From Candidatus Omnitrophota bacterium (GTDB lineage Bacteria; Omnitrophota; Gorgyraeia; 2-01-FULL-45-10), in the NCBI GenBank assembly GCA_041648975.1, contig JBAZNZ010000003.1:9664-73663 (forward strand): a stretch of 64,000 nucleotides of DNA, read 5' to 3'. Positions 46,364-56,548 of this stretch are shown here, piece after piece. Below the pieces are notes generated by a model. It saw only the letters and a list, made by a program, of their open reading frames with translations. It searched no databases and was not told the DNA's origin. Positions within the stretch are counted from its first letter, which is position 1. Every line of letters begins with the position of its first letter. Position numbers and translations under genes: made by a program.

Positions 46364-47130
46364 GCTATCTAGACGGACAGTTCGGGCTCAGGGATAAAGT
46401 GGCGCTGATTACCGGTGCCTCGGGGCAGCTCGGCCGGCGGCTGTGCGAAAGTTTCGTCAAGGCGGGGGCCAAGGTGGCAGGGCTGGACAAGGTCATATCG
46501 AAAGCGAAGACAGACGGCGTCGAATATTACAGAGCCGATATAACGAAGAAGAAGGATGTTGAGGGTGCTCTGGGGCGCGTAGCCGGGAAATACGGGACCA
46601 TAGATATAATGATCAACAACGCGGGTGTCAGCGTTTTCGAGCCTTTCGAGAAGAGGCCCGAGAAGAGCATAGACCATGTCATGGACGTGAACCTGAAAGG
46701 GACGTTCTTCTGCATCCAGTCGTACGTCAATATATTCGACAGGTGTAAGCTGAAGAAGGGCTCGATCGTCAACGTTGCCTCCTTTTACGGCGTCATATCT
46801 CCGGACTTCAGGATATATACGGACTGCAAGAGAAAGAATTCCGAGATCTACGGGGCTACCAAGGCCGGTGTCATACAGATGACTAGATATTTCGCCGTCC
46901 ACCTGGCTTCCAGGAATATCCGGGTGAATGCGGTATCTCCGGGCGGGATATACAATCCCGATAATCCGCAGGGGAAAGATTTCATAAAGAACTATTCGGC
47001 GAGGTGCCCCATGGGAAGGATGGCCAGGGACGGGGAGATCGCGGGGGCCGTCATGTACCTTTCCGGTGACGCGGCAAGCTATACGACCGGGCACAATATA
47101 GTAGTAGACGGCGGCATGAGCTGCTGGTGA
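46360..47130 (+). CDS. Short-chain dehydrogenase/reductase (classical SDR)
   Basis: ITGASGQLG, NNAGV, YGATKAG (YxxxK). Confidence 0.8.
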   Translation: MSYLDGQFGLRDKVALITGASGQLGRRLCESFVKAGAKVAGLDKVISKAKTDGVEYYRADITKKKDVEGALGRVAGKYGTIDIMINNAGVSVFEPFEKRPEKSIDHVMDVNLKGTFFCIQSYVNIFDRCKLKKGSIVNVASFYGVISPDFRIYTDCKRKNSEIYGATKAGVIQMTRYFAVHLASRNIRVNAVSPGGIYNPDNPQGKDFIKNYSARCPMGRMARDGEIAGAVMYLSGDAASYTTGHNIVVDGGMSCW

Positions 47131-47147
47131 GAGAAGGCGGGTGCGAT

Positions 47148-47999
47148 ATGGGTTACTCAAGAAAAGACCTTAAAGATTACGGGCTCGGCACAAATAACGG
47201 CATCTACGTTATAGCGGAGATAGGTATAAACCACATGGGTGACATCGACTCCGCCAGGAACCTCATAGGGTCAGCGCGCAGGGCCGGCGCGGACGCGGTG
47301 AAATTCCAGACTTATGTGACAGAAAGAAGGACGCATAAAGGCTCTCCGATATTCGATATACTGAAAAGGTGCGAGCTTCCGTTCGAGGCCTTCAGGGAGC
47401 TTAAGGATTATTCGAGTTCGCTCGACATAGAATTTTTCTCGACGCCTTTTGACGCCGAGAGCGTGGATTTTCTGGAGAGCATCGGCTGCCGCATATACAA
47501 GGTATCGTCGTTCGATGTGACGAACCATGCGCTTCTTTCCAGGGTCGCCGCCACGGGCAAGACTGTCATGATGTCCGTAGGCATGGCCAATATGGGCGAG
47601 ATACAGGACGCTTACAATATCCTGAAAGGCGGGACCTCAAAGGTCGCGCTGTTACATTGTATCTCCGCGTATCCGTCCAGGCCGGAAGACGCGAACCTGG
47701 CCGCGATATATGTCCTGAAGGAAAAATTCGATTGTCTGATAGGCCAGTCCGACCATACGAACGATATCGTGATACCGTTGTATGCGGCCTCGGCCGGAGC
47801 GCAGGTCGTCGAGAAGCATTATAAGATCGATGAACGGATGGACTGCGTGGATGCGGCCGTGTCTATTACTGAGAAACAGATGGCCGGGATGGTGGAAGAG
47901 ATGAGAAAGCTCGATAAGGCGCTTGGAAGGGGCGAGCTGGGGGTGAGGCCCGCCGAAAAAGGCTGCGAGATATTCCGGAGAAAAGCGGGGGCGCGATGA
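47148..47999 (+). CDS. NeuB-family synthase catalytic (TIM-barrel) domain lacking the C-terminal SAF domain
   Basis: YVIAEIGINHMGD, DAVKFQTY, GQSDHTND. Stops about 60 aa short of SAF-containing NeuB. The start was moved from GTG 47127 to ATG 47148. Confidence 0.75.
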   Translation: MGYSRKDLKDYGLGTNNGIYVIAEIGINHMGDIDSARNLIGSARRAGADAVKFQTYVTERRTHKGSPIFDILKRCELPFEAFRELKDYSSSLDIEFFSTPFDAESVDFLESIGCRIYKVSSFDVTNHALLSRVAATGKTVMMSVGMANMGEIQDAYNILKGGTSKVALLHCISAYPSRPEDANLAAIYVLKEKFDCLIGQSDHTNDIVIPLYAASAGAQVVEKHYKIDERMDCVDAAVSITEKQMAGMVEEMRKLDKALGRGELGVRPAEKGCEIFRRKAGAR

Positions 48000-49069
48000 A
48001 TAAACTTTACGTTTTTCAGGATGGGAGGAAGAATGATTATTCTAAGGAACTGGAGTGCGCTTATAAGACGTACGGCAAGGGCTCTCCGAAGTCGAAATTT
48101 CGCGGTATTTCCGTGGACAAGCTCATCGACCACTCCACAGAGGTGATCATATCGAACGGGCTGCCCAAGAACTGGTATTTCATACTGAAGGGCCTCAACA
48201 TAGTGACGATCACGCTGGACAGGCTGGATAAGCATTTAAATCTGGCCGACATAGTCATAGATTTCAAGAGCCAGGACAGCAACAGGTATTTTACGGGCCC
48301 CGATTATTCCATACGCAACAATAAGGACCTGGAATTCGACAGCATAGCGAACCTGATCAAGAAGCTAGAGTGGGACTCGGGGTTCTTCGGTTTCCCCGTG
48401 GCCCTGCTCAGCTCGCGCTATCTTACGGAAAACATAATGCACCGAATAGAGAAGTTCATAAAGCGCGAGAATATAAGACTGGTCGAGTATCTCTGCAACT
48501 GCCACGACAGCCGGAGCGTCAAGATTGCCGAAAAGAACGGTTTCCATTTCGCCGACATTCGGCTCTCATTCGAAAAGGTCCTCAGGGAAAAGCATGGTCC
48601 GCAAATGCCGAAAGCGATACGGTTCGGAAAGGCTGATAAGAAGGATGTGAGGACGCTCAAGCATATCAGCGAGGACCTGTATAAGGACAGCAGGTACTTT
48701 TTCGATACCAATTTCAACAGGAGTAAGATAAACGAATTCTACCAGAACTGGATAGAGAAAGCCGTCCTGGGAAAATACGACGATGAATGTTTCTGCCTTT
48801 ATACGAATGGCGTTCCCGTGGCTTTCTGCTCGTTGAAATATAATATAGGATCGAGCGTCACCATAGGGTTGTTGGGGCTCTCCAACGAATATCAGGGCAA
48901 GGGGCTGGGCAAGGTGCTGCTATACAGCATCTTCGATATGCTGATCGACAGGGGGGTATCGAGAGTATCCGTCGTCACGCAGGGGCGTAATTATGCGGCC
49001 CAGCGCCTATACCAGAACGTCGGGTTCCTTACCAAGGCCACGGAGCTCTGGTACCACAAATGGATCTGA
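47996..49069 (+). CDS. GNAT-family N-acetyltransferase with an N-terminal about 180 aa domain of unknown function (PseH-like; N-domain possibly a PseG-like remnant)
   Basis: C-terminal GNAT core EYQGKGLGKVLL...RNYAAQRLYQNVGF. Confidence 0.7.
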   Translation: MNKLYVFQDGRKNDYSKELECAYKTYGKGSPKSKFRGISVDKLIDHSTEVIISNGLPKNWYFILKGLNIVTITLDRLDKHLNLADIVIDFKSQDSNRYFTGPDYSIRNNKDLEFDSIANLIKKLEWDSGFFGFPVALLSSRYLTENIMHRIEKFIKRENIRLVEYLCNCHDSRSVKIAEKNGFHFADIRLSFEKVLREKHGPQMPKAIRFGKADKKDVRTLKHISEDLYKDSRYFFDTNFNRSKINEFYQNWIEKAVLGKYDDECFCLYTNGVPVAFCSLKYNIGSSVTIGLLGLSNEYQGKGLGKVLLYSIFDMLIDRGVSRVSVVTQGRNYAAQRLYQNVGFLTKATELWYHKWI

Positions 49070-49968
49070 TGGAGAAGATATCGAGGTTTACCCTGGGCGC
49101 GGCGCAATTAGGGCTGCCTTACGGCATTTCCGGCAGGCCTCTCGTGGACTCGCCGGAGGACATACTGCGAGCCGCCCGCGAAGCGGGTATAGACACGATC
49201 GATACCGCTAAGGCATACGGAAACAGCGAAGAGATGATCGGCCGGTATCTGAAAAAGAACGCGGGATGGTCACCTGATATAATAACGAAGATAAAGATAG
49301 AGGGCGCAAGCGCCGCTGAGCTCGTTCGCGAGGTCGAGATGAAGTTGGACGACAGCCTGGAGAAGCTCGGCCGCAAAAGCATATACGGCCTCATGCTCCA
49401 TAATTACGGAGCGTTAGCCAGGCATAAGCGCTCTCTTGTCGACGCGATGGCGCAGTTGAAAGCGGCCCGTAAGGTAGCCAAGATAGGCATTTCGGTTTAC
49501 GGCGCCGATGAGCTGAAGATCTCGCTGGGATATGATGAGTTCGAGATATTTCAGGGGCCGGTAAACTTGTTCGACCGCAGGATAACGAGTTCGGGATCGT
49601 TGAAAGAGATAGTCCGGCGTAAAAAGTCTTTCTTCGCAAGGTCGGTGTTTCTGCAGGGGCTTTTTTTCATGGATGACGAAGCATTGGCCGGCAAGGTCCC
49701 GGAAGCCCGGACCTATATAGGTAAGCTGAGGGGATTGTCCGAAAAATCGGGCATGAGTGTGGCGGAACTGGCATTTTCATATACGGGAAGCATCGAGGGC
49801 ATAACGAGCCTTGTGTTGGGAGTCAAAAGCAGGAAACAGTTGAGCGATCTGATAGCGTTGTTAAAGACAAAACCCATCGCGCGGGACCTTGCGGGACAAA
49901 TAGAGAAGATATTCTCGGATGTGCCGCAGTATGTATACGATCCCAGGAGATGGCCTAACGCGGTATGA
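49060..49968 (+). CDS. Aldo/keto reductase
   Basis: IDTAKAYGNSEEMIG, LMLHNY. Confidence 0.8.
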   Translation: MDLMEKISRFTLGAAQLGLPYGISGRPLVDSPEDILRAAREAGIDTIDTAKAYGNSEEMIGRYLKKNAGWSPDIITKIKIEGASAAELVREVEMKLDDSLEKLGRKSIYGLMLHNYGALARHKRSLVDAMAQLKAARKVAKIGISVYGADELKISLGYDEFEIFQGPVNLFDRRITSSGSLKEIVRRKKSFFARSVFLQGLFFMDDEALAGKVPEARTYIGKLRGLSEKSGMSVAELAFSYTGSIEGITSLVLGVKSRKQLSDLIALLKTKPIARDLAGQIEKIFSDVPQYVYDPRRWPNAV

Positions 49969-50948
49969 CTATGAAGCGATATAAAACGGCAATAGTAGGG
50001 CTGGGGAATATAGCGTGGAAATTCGACGCGAGGGTAAGGTCGGCGGACCCGCTTACTCATGCGGGCGCGTATATGAAAAATCCCCGGACTGTCCTTGTCG
50101 GCGGCTGCTCGCCCGACAAGCAGGACCGCAGAGATTTCGAAAAAAGATACGGGGCGCCGGCATTCGCGGGCATAGAGGAGATGATCGGGAAGACGGAGCC
50201 CCATATAGTAAGCATATGCTCCCCGTCTGCTCTTCATTACGAGCACGTGGAGTACAGCCTCCGCAAGAGGGTGCCGATGATATGGCTGGAGAAGCCGCCT
50301 ACATTGACGGTCGAAGATATTGACGGCCTTATATATAAGGTAAGGGCAGCCGGTTCGTCCAGGTTACTGGTCAATTACCAGAGGCGCTATTGCCGGTCTT
50401 ACGCCCGGCTTAAAGAGCTTTTGGCGCGCCGAGCCCTGGGCAGGATCGTCTCCGTGAACTTGACGTATTCGAGAGGGCTGGCGACCAACGGTTCCCATAT
50501 CCTTGATATGGCGTTTTTCCTTACGGGAGACAAAGTAGATGCCGTGATCGGGCCTGTCTCTCCGGCTTCCGGGTCTGCCAATCCGTCGTTTATGATGAAA
50601 CTGGCCGGCGGGATCCCGTGTTCCGTATCCGGCATGGACCTGCCGTATCATTGCATCGACGTATCGGTCACCTGCGAACGGGGGCGCGCTTCCATAATAC
50701 ACGGCGGCATGAAGACCGTCTGGGAGATGAAGGAAGAACATGAGCTTTTCCCCGGGTTCTACAGGCTGCGTGACGCGGCGAAGAACCTTATAGGGCCAGG
50801 CGGTTTCAAGGGAAGCATGACTGCTGCGCTTGGTGATATTATTAACGCTCATGAAAAGAGAAGGGAGCCTGTGAGCAGCCTTCGCACCGCCAGACGCTCG
50901 CAGCTTGTGATGGAAGAGGTCAATAAAAGGATAAAGGCGGCGGGATGA
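49965..50948 (+). CDS. Gfo/Idh/MocA-family NAD(P)-dependent oxidoreductase
   Basis: TAIVGLGNIAWKF Rossmann, EKPP motif (WLEKPPTL). Confidence 0.8.
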   Translation: MTMKRYKTAIVGLGNIAWKFDARVRSADPLTHAGAYMKNPRTVLVGGCSPDKQDRRDFEKRYGAPAFAGIEEMIGKTEPHIVSICSPSALHYEHVEYSLRKRVPMIWLEKPPTLTVEDIDGLIYKVRAAGSSRLLVNYQRRYCRSYARLKELLARRALGRIVSVNLTYSRGLATNGSHILDMAFFLTGDKVDAVIGPVSPASGSANPSFMMKLAGGIPCSVSGMDLPYHCIDVSVTCERGRASIIHGGMKTVWEMKEEHELFPGFYRLRDAAKNLIGPGGFKGSMTAALGDIINAHEKRREPVSSLRTARRSQLVMEEVNKRIKAAG

Positions 50949-52060
50949 AGATACTTGCGGTTTCGGGAGATGTAGGCGGGGCCAGGGCCGTAATGCCGGT
51001 CCTGAAGAAGCTCTTTGACGAGAAGACGCCGTTCGTCATATCGGATAACGGTTTTCTCGGTAAAGAAGCGCCTGCCGAATGGCCGCGCGCGGTCCTGCCG
51101 GATTGGAGCGACAGGGATTCCGTGAAGGGGCTTATTGAAAAAGAGGGCGTCACACTTGTGATCTTCACTACGAGCGTCAAGGACGCTGTGCCTCTCGGCG
51201 TTGCCCGGGCCGCGCGGAACGCAGGTTTGCCTGTGATATGCATATTGGATAACTGGATGACCTACCGCAAACGCATGGAGGTCGACGGCCTGGAGACATT
51301 CCTTCCGGACGTATATGCGATGATGGACGAGCTTGCCTTTGAAGAGGCCGTAGCCGACGGCCTGCCGCCTTCGATACTGAAGGTCACAGGCCAGCCCGCA
51401 CTGGCGTCCATCGCGGAGTCCTACAGGTCGATGCGCAGAGAGGACTATGCGGACAAACTGCGTTCCTGCGGGATAATGAAGGATAAACAGCTTATAGTCT
51501 TTATCTCGGAACCCGCGGAGAAGGACCAGGGGGCGGGACCGTCATCGACGAATTTCAGGGGTTACACGGAGAAGACCGTGTTGCGGCAGTTGTGCGCCTG
51601 TTTGCAGCCGTATTCCGGCCGGATCCAGATAGGTATAGCGCCCCATCCGCGCGAAGACCAGGAGGAATTGAGCAGGTCCTGGGAGGCGTACCGGGGCGGC
51701 CTGACGGGCGGTATATTGAAAAATACAAGCGGCAGGGAATCGGTATTCCTTGCGGACGGCGTAGCGGGCATGGCATCCATACTTCTTTATGAGGCGTACC
51801 TGGTGGGCAAGCCTTCCATAAGTCTTCAGCCCGGCCTGAGACTGCCGCAGTTAGCCTTTATGAAGAAGAAGAAAGGGTGCCGCTTTCTCGACGATCCGGG
51901 ATCGTGGAAAGAGTATGTAGACGGCTGGATAGCCGATGTCAGGAAAGCGCCGGGGGCGCACAAGATCGACCCGGAGCTTGAATTTCACCTGAAGGCCTCG
52001 GACAGGATCATACGCACCATAAAGGATTCCATGAAGCTTATTAAAAAGAAGGGGGCTTGA
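50945..52060 (+). CDS. Hypothetical two-domain Rossmann-like (GT-B-like) protein, unknown specificity
   Basis: ILAVSGDVGGARAV N-terminus. Second half LIVFISEP...IAPHPRED. No clear family signature. Confidence 0.3.
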   Translation: MKILAVSGDVGGARAVMPVLKKLFDEKTPFVISDNGFLGKEAPAEWPRAVLPDWSDRDSVKGLIEKEGVTLVIFTTSVKDAVPLGVARAARNAGLPVICILDNWMTYRKRMEVDGLETFLPDVYAMMDELAFEEAVADGLPPSILKVTGQPALASIAESYRSMRREDYADKLRSCGIMKDKQLIVFISEPAEKDQGAGPSSTNFRGYTEKTVLRQLCACLQPYSGRIQIGIAPHPREDQEELSRSWEAYRGGLTGGILKNTSGRESVFLADGVAGMASILLYEAYLVGKPSISLQPGLRLPQLAFMKKKKGCRFLDDPGSWKEYVDGWIADVRKAPGAHKIDPELEFHLKASDRIIRTIKDSMKLIKKKGA

Positions 52061-52062
52061 GC

Positions 52063-52782
52063 ATGAATGTGGCGATAATACCCGCCAGAGGCGGGAGCAA
52101 GCGGGTACCAAAAAAGAATATCAAACTTTTCATAGGCAAACCGATCATAACGTATTCCCTGAAAGAGACCGTGGACAGCGGACTCTTCGATAGGGTCATA
52201 GTCTCTACCGATTCGGAAGAGATAGCGGCAATAGCCAGGAGCGCCGGGGCGGAGGTCCCGTTCATGCGCCCCGCCGAACTGTCGGACGATCATACACACA
52301 TAGCGGACGTCGTAGAACATGCGATCAAGTGGCTTAAGGCGGACGGCTGCGACGTTGAATATGTATGCTGTATATTCTGCACAGCCCCGTTCATACAGAA
52401 AAAATATCTAAAGGAAGGCCTTGAGAAGATAAGGAAGACCAAGACCGATTCGGTATTCACGGTCACCAGCTTTCCGTTCCCCATATTGCGGGGGATGAGG
52501 ATAACCGACAAAGGGACCCTCGAGATGTTCTGGCCGCAGTATGAATTCACCAGGTCCAACGACCTCGAGGAGGCATATCATGACGCGGGGCAGTTCTACT
52601 GGCTGGAGGCCGACCGCTTCCTCAAGAATAAGAGATTTTTTACGAAAGACGCCCTTCCGATAATCCTGCCCAGGTATCTTGTGCAGGACATAGATACCCC
52701 GGAGGACTGGGAGACGGCCGAGATGCTGTATGAATCCATCCAGAGAAAAGATAATAAAAAAGAGGAGGGAGTAAGAAGATGA
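52063..52782 (+). CDS. Acylneuraminate cytidylyltransferase family (PseF/LegF-like CMP-nonulosonate synthetase), second copy
   Basis: VAIIPARGGSKRVPKKNI. The start was moved from TTG 52057 to ATG 52063, which has an AAGGGGG Shine-Dalgarno. Confidence 0.8.
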   Translation: MNVAIIPARGGSKRVPKKNIKLFIGKPIITYSLKETVDSGLFDRVIVSTDSEEIAAIARSAGAEVPFMRPAELSDDHTHIADVVEHAIKWLKADGCDVEYVCCIFCTAPFIQKKYLKEGLEKIRKTKTDSVFTVTSFPFPILRGMRITDKGTLEMFWPQYEFTRSNDLEEAYHDAGQFYWLEADRFLKNKRFFTKDALPIILPRYLVQDIDTPEDWETAEMLYESIQRKDNKKEEGVRR

Positions 52783-54110
52783 AGTTGGCTATTAACGGCG
52801 GAAGCCCGGTAAGAAAGAAACTGTTCCCAGGATACAACTATATAGGCGCGGAGGAGAAAGCCGAGGTCATGAGGGTGCTCGATTCCGGAGTGCTGTCCCA
52901 GTTCCTGGGGTGCTGGCACGCCGACTTTTACGGCGGGCCCGAAGTGAGGACACTCGAAAAGGAATGGGCCGAGTATTTCGGCGCCAAGCACGCTATCTCG
53001 GTAAATTCCTGCACCTCCGGGCTGATATGCGCCGTAGGGGCCACAGGCGTGGAACCGGGGGAGGAGATAATAGTGACTCCGTACAGCATGTGCATATCCG
53101 CCGCGGCGCCCCTGTTCTACAACGCCGTCCCCGTTTTTGCCGATGTTGAGGAGGATTACTATTGCCTCGACGCCGATTCTATCGAAAAACGCATCACGCC
53201 GAGGACGCGCGCCATACTGGTCGTGGACCTTTTCGGCATGCCGTATGACGCCCAGAGGATAAACGCCATCGCGAAGAAGCACGGCCTGATAGTCATAGAG
53301 GATACCGCCCAGGCGCCCGGCGCCCTGAATAACGGCAAGTATACGGGGACGCTCGGACACATGGGAGTCCATTCGCTGAATTATCATAAGCATATCCATT
53401 CGGGCGAAGGCGGCGTCATCCTGACCAATGACGACAAGCTGGCGGAGAAGGTCCAGCTGATACGCAACCACGGGGAGGCCGTCGTCGAGAAAAAAGGAAC
53501 GAAAGATATAGTGAACATCATCGGGTATAATTTCAGGATGACGGAGATGGAGGCGGCCGTAGCGAGGTGTCAGCTCAGGAAGCTGAAGAAACTCTTATCC
53601 GATCGCCAGGACAACTGCGCCTATCTGAACGAAAAGCTCGGGCAGGTCCCCGGTATCGTCCCGACGAAGCTGAGGAAGGGATGCACGCATTCCTACTATG
53701 TCCATCCCCTGAAATATAAAGAAGAGGTCACCGGCGTGCCCCGGAACGTCTTCATAGACGCGGTCAGGGCGGAGCTCGCGCCGTTGGCGCTGCGCGAAGG
53801 CGAAGGCGTAAAGATAACGTCCGGTTACTGCAGGCCGCTGTATTTACAGCCGATATTCCAGAAGAAGATCGCTTACGGGTCCAAGGGTTGCCCGTTCACA
53901 AAACCGTGGTATGAAGGCAGCGTAAGTTATGACAAGGGAATATGCCCCACCGTCGAGCGCCTCTTCGAGAAAGAGCTGTTTATCCACGAGATGATAAGCC
54001 CCCCGATGACGAGAGAGGACCTTAACGATGTGGTCAAGGCATTCGAGAAGGTATACGAGAACAGAGAAGAGCTAATGCAGAAAGCAGCAGGAAAGGAGAC
54101 AGTTAGATGA
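52779..54110 (+). CDS. DegT-family sugar aminotransferase (PseC-like)
   Basis: SCTSGLICAV, HSLNYHKHIHSGEGG (PLP lysine). AGAGGAGGGA Shine-Dalgarno. Confidence 0.85.
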   Translation: MKLAINGGSPVRKKLFPGYNYIGAEEKAEVMRVLDSGVLSQFLGCWHADFYGGPEVRTLEKEWAEYFGAKHAISVNSCTSGLICAVGATGVEPGEEIIVTPYSMCISAAAPLFYNAVPVFADVEEDYYCLDADSIEKRITPRTRAILVVDLFGMPYDAQRINAIAKKHGLIVIEDTAQAPGALNNGKYTGTLGHMGVHSLNYHKHIHSGEGGVILTNDDKLAEKVQLIRNHGEAVVEKKGTKDIVNIIGYNFRMTEMEAAVARCQLRKLKKLLSDRQDNCAYLNEKLGQVPGIVPTKLRKGCTHSYYVHPLKYKEEVTGVPRNVFIDAVRAELAPLALREGEGVKITSGYCRPLYLQPIFQKKIAYGSKGCPFTKPWYEGSVSYDKGICPTVERLFEKELFIHEMISPPMTREDLNDVVKAFEKVYENREELMQKAAGKETVR

Positions 54111-55492
54111 AGTTGCTATTCGTGATGTATGACAATGAAGGGCCGAAAAACAGTATGCCGGTCGGGCCGTGCTACGTGGCGGCCTATGCCAAGGAGAACG
54201 GATACGGCGATATAGCCTACTACAGCCAGGATGTTTATCATTATCCGGAAGAGCATCTTACGAAGTATCTTGATGACAACCGTTTCGATGTGGTGGGCAT
54301 CGGTTTTTGCGCCGGCTATTTCCAGCTGAAAAAGATCAAGATGATATGCGACGCCATCCACAAGTCGAAACACAGACCCTTTATAGTGTTGGGCGGTCAT
54401 GGGCCGAGCCCCGTGCCGGAGTTTTACATTAAATACATGGGCGCGGATGCCACTGTTTCGGGCGACGGAGAGCTGCCGTTCCTGAATCTTGTGAAGGCGC
54501 TTGAGAACAAGACTCCTCTTAGCAAGGTAAAAGGGATATCCTACCGGGACGGCGATAAGGTGGTCGTGAACGAACGGGAAGCGGCCATAAAAGACCTGGA
54601 TAGTCTGCCGTTCCCTCTTTACGAACTCCTGCCTATGGAATATTATCTTGCCGCCAAACTGGCGGGCCAGAGCGCTACAGACCGCATGATATATCTTACG
54701 CCAAGCAGGGGATGTACGTATAATTGCAATTTCTGCCAGCGGCTTGAGCCCGGGATCCGCCTCAGGTCTCCCGGCAACATAGTAGAGGAGATAAAAAAAT
54801 ACAAGAAGGACTACAACGCGACGTTTATACATTTTGTAGATGAGCTGTTCATGTTAAGCAAGAAACGTATCTATGACCTTACGGAGGCATTTCTGAAGGC
54901 GGACCTTAATATAAAATATTTCTGCACGGGGCGCCTCAACATCGCCGATGAGGAGATACTCGGCATGATGAAACGCTCGGGTTGCGCATATATAGACTAC
55001 GGCATAGAACAGTTCGATAACGCTGCTCTCGCTGCCATGGATAAGCAGCAGACCGAGGATGATATAATCCGCGGCATAACGGCGACACAGAAGGCCGGCA
55101 TCAACATCGTATTTAATATAATATTCGGCAATATCGGGGATACGAAAAAAAGCCTTCGTAAGTCGATAGAACTGCTGAAGAAATACAATGATTACGGCCA
55201 GGTCAGGGCGATCAGGCCGGTAACGCCGTATCCGGGCTCGCCTCTTTATTATTATGCCATAGATAAGGGGCTTCTTAAGGGGCCGGAGGATTTTTACAGG
55301 AAGCATACGAATCTTGAGCTTCCGACGGTGAACTTCACCAGCATACCGGACAAAGAGTTCATAGACCTGATGTTCGAGGCTAATAAGGAAATACTTCACG
55401 ACCACTACGACCATGTAAGAGATGAGACCATTGAAACTTTCCGGAAGGTCTATTATGAGAAGGACGCGAGTTTCAGGGGGACGAGGCATTAG
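54107..55492 (+). CDS. B12-binding radical SAM protein, copy 7
   Basis: MKLLFVMYDN, SRGCTYNCNFCQRL. Confidence 0.85.
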   Translation: MKLLFVMYDNEGPKNSMPVGPCYVAAYAKENGYGDIAYYSQDVYHYPEEHLTKYLDDNRFDVVGIGFCAGYFQLKKIKMICDAIHKSKHRPFIVLGGHGPSPVPEFYIKYMGADATVSGDGELPFLNLVKALENKTPLSKVKGISYRDGDKVVVNEREAAIKDLDSLPFPLYELLPMEYYLAAKLAGQSATDRMIYLTPSRGCTYNCNFCQRLEPGIRLRSPGNIVEEIKKYKKDYNATFIHFVDELFMLSKKRIYDLTEAFLKADLNIKYFCTGRLNIADEEILGMMKRSGCAYIDYGIEQFDNAALAAMDKQQTEDDIIRGITATQKAGINIVFNIIFGNIGDTKKSLRKSIELLKKYNDYGQVRAIRPVTPYPGSPLYYYAIDKGLLKGPEDFYRKHTNLELPTVNFTSIPDKEFIDLMFEANKEILHDHYDHVRDETIETFRKVYYEKDASFRGTRH

Positions 55493-55495
55493 AAT

Positions 55496-56545
55496 ATGAA
55501 GAATAAGGCCGCGGAAAAGGAATGGAAGCAGCTACGGTATACCAGGGACCCGGACGAGATGATCGCCGGTGTAGTGGGTAAAGAGTATATGGAATACCGC
55601 AAGCGCTGGGAGCGCGCCGGCCGGTTGCAGGTGACCGGCAAATATCCGACGCATCTCGATTTCGAATTCCGGTACGGGTGTAACTTGAAATGCCCCTATT
55701 GCATACTCCAGATAGGGTCCTCGGAATTGGGCGAAAACCACCCTTATCACATCAGGAATAAGTCGCTCAGCATCACGTTCGAGAAGTTCGAGGAGATACT
55801 CAAAGAGGGTATATCGCATGGGCTTTCGTCCATTACGATAGGCGGCAATAATGAACCCCTGCTGACGCGAGATGTCGCCAGATACATAAAACGCGCCAGG
55901 GAACTGGGCATAGTAGATGTAATTATGCTTACCAACGCTACATTGCTTACGGAGAAGATCTCCGCAGAGCTGCTGGATTCCGGAATAACCAAGATATATT
56001 TCTCCCTGGACGCCATACGGCAAGAGACATACAGGATAGTGCGCAAGGGCGGCGATTTCGGTAAGGTCATGAAGAATATAGAATATTTCCTGAAACTGAA
56101 GAAAGAGAAAGGGCAGGTCCTGCCGATAACCAGGGTCTCTTTCGTAAAGAATAAGCTGAACGAGGCCGAAGCGGAAGAGTTTGCCGAGTACTGGAAAACA
56201 AAGGTCGATTTCCTTTGCTTCCAGGCGTTCGTGACGCCGGCCTACGGGTATTCGGGCTATGAGACGCTCCGGAAAAAGTTCCAGATGGAGAACAAGGAGC
56301 TGAAAGAACCGGGCGTCTGCAGCCAGCCTTACCAGCGCCTGACTATTTACAGCGACGGGTCCGTGCATCCCTGCTGCCGGTGGTACGGATCGACCATAAT
56401 CCTGGGAAATATTAATTCAGAGAGTATCTATGATATATGGAATTCCGCAAAGATGAAAAAATTCAGGCTTGCGGTAAATGACAGCGTTCCGGATAATGTG
56501 CCCAAGGAATGCCGGATATGCAGGAAGACTATCTTTGGTGAATAG
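55496..56545 (+). CDS. Radical SAM protein with C-terminal SPASM-like domain, second copy
   Basis: YGCNLKCPYCILQ. C-terminal CSQPY...HPCCRWYG...CRICRK. Confidence 0.75.
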   Translation: MKNKAAEKEWKQLRYTRDPDEMIAGVVGKEYMEYRKRWERAGRLQVTGKYPTHLDFEFRYGCNLKCPYCILQIGSSELGENHPYHIRNKSLSITFEKFEEILKEGISHGLSSITIGGNNEPLLTRDVARYIKRARELGIVDVIMLTNATLLTEKISAELLDSGITKIYFSLDAIRQETYRIVRKGGDFGKVMKNIEYFLKLKKEKGQVLPITRVSFVKNKLNEAEAEEFAEYWKTKVDFLCFQAFVTPAYGYSGYETLRKKFQMENKELKEPGVCSQPYQRLTIYSDGSVHPCCRWYGSTIILGNINSESIYDIWNSAKMKKFRLAVNDSVPDNVPKECRICRKTIFGE

Positions 56546-56548
56546 ATA

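Noticed and set aside
47996-48550. N-terminal half of the GNAT protein as an independent PseG (UDP-sugar hydrolase) gene
   Set aside because: Only about 180 aa precede the GNAT core, too short for a full PseG (about 270+ aa), and there is no internal start or stop separating the domains. Treated as a single fused or extended GNAT protein, with the N-domain's identity left open.
52596-53471. 291-aa minus-strand ORF (also 6002-6802, 4441-5058, 54116-54832, 55532-56368, 62061-62852 and other long antisense ORFs)
   Set aside because: Each sits antisense to a + strand gene with clear, conserved domain signatures (DegT, B12-rSAM, UXS, SPASM, FkbH). The antisense translations are Arg/Pro/Gly-rich with no recognisable motifs. 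They are a typical consequence of codon bias, not independent genes.
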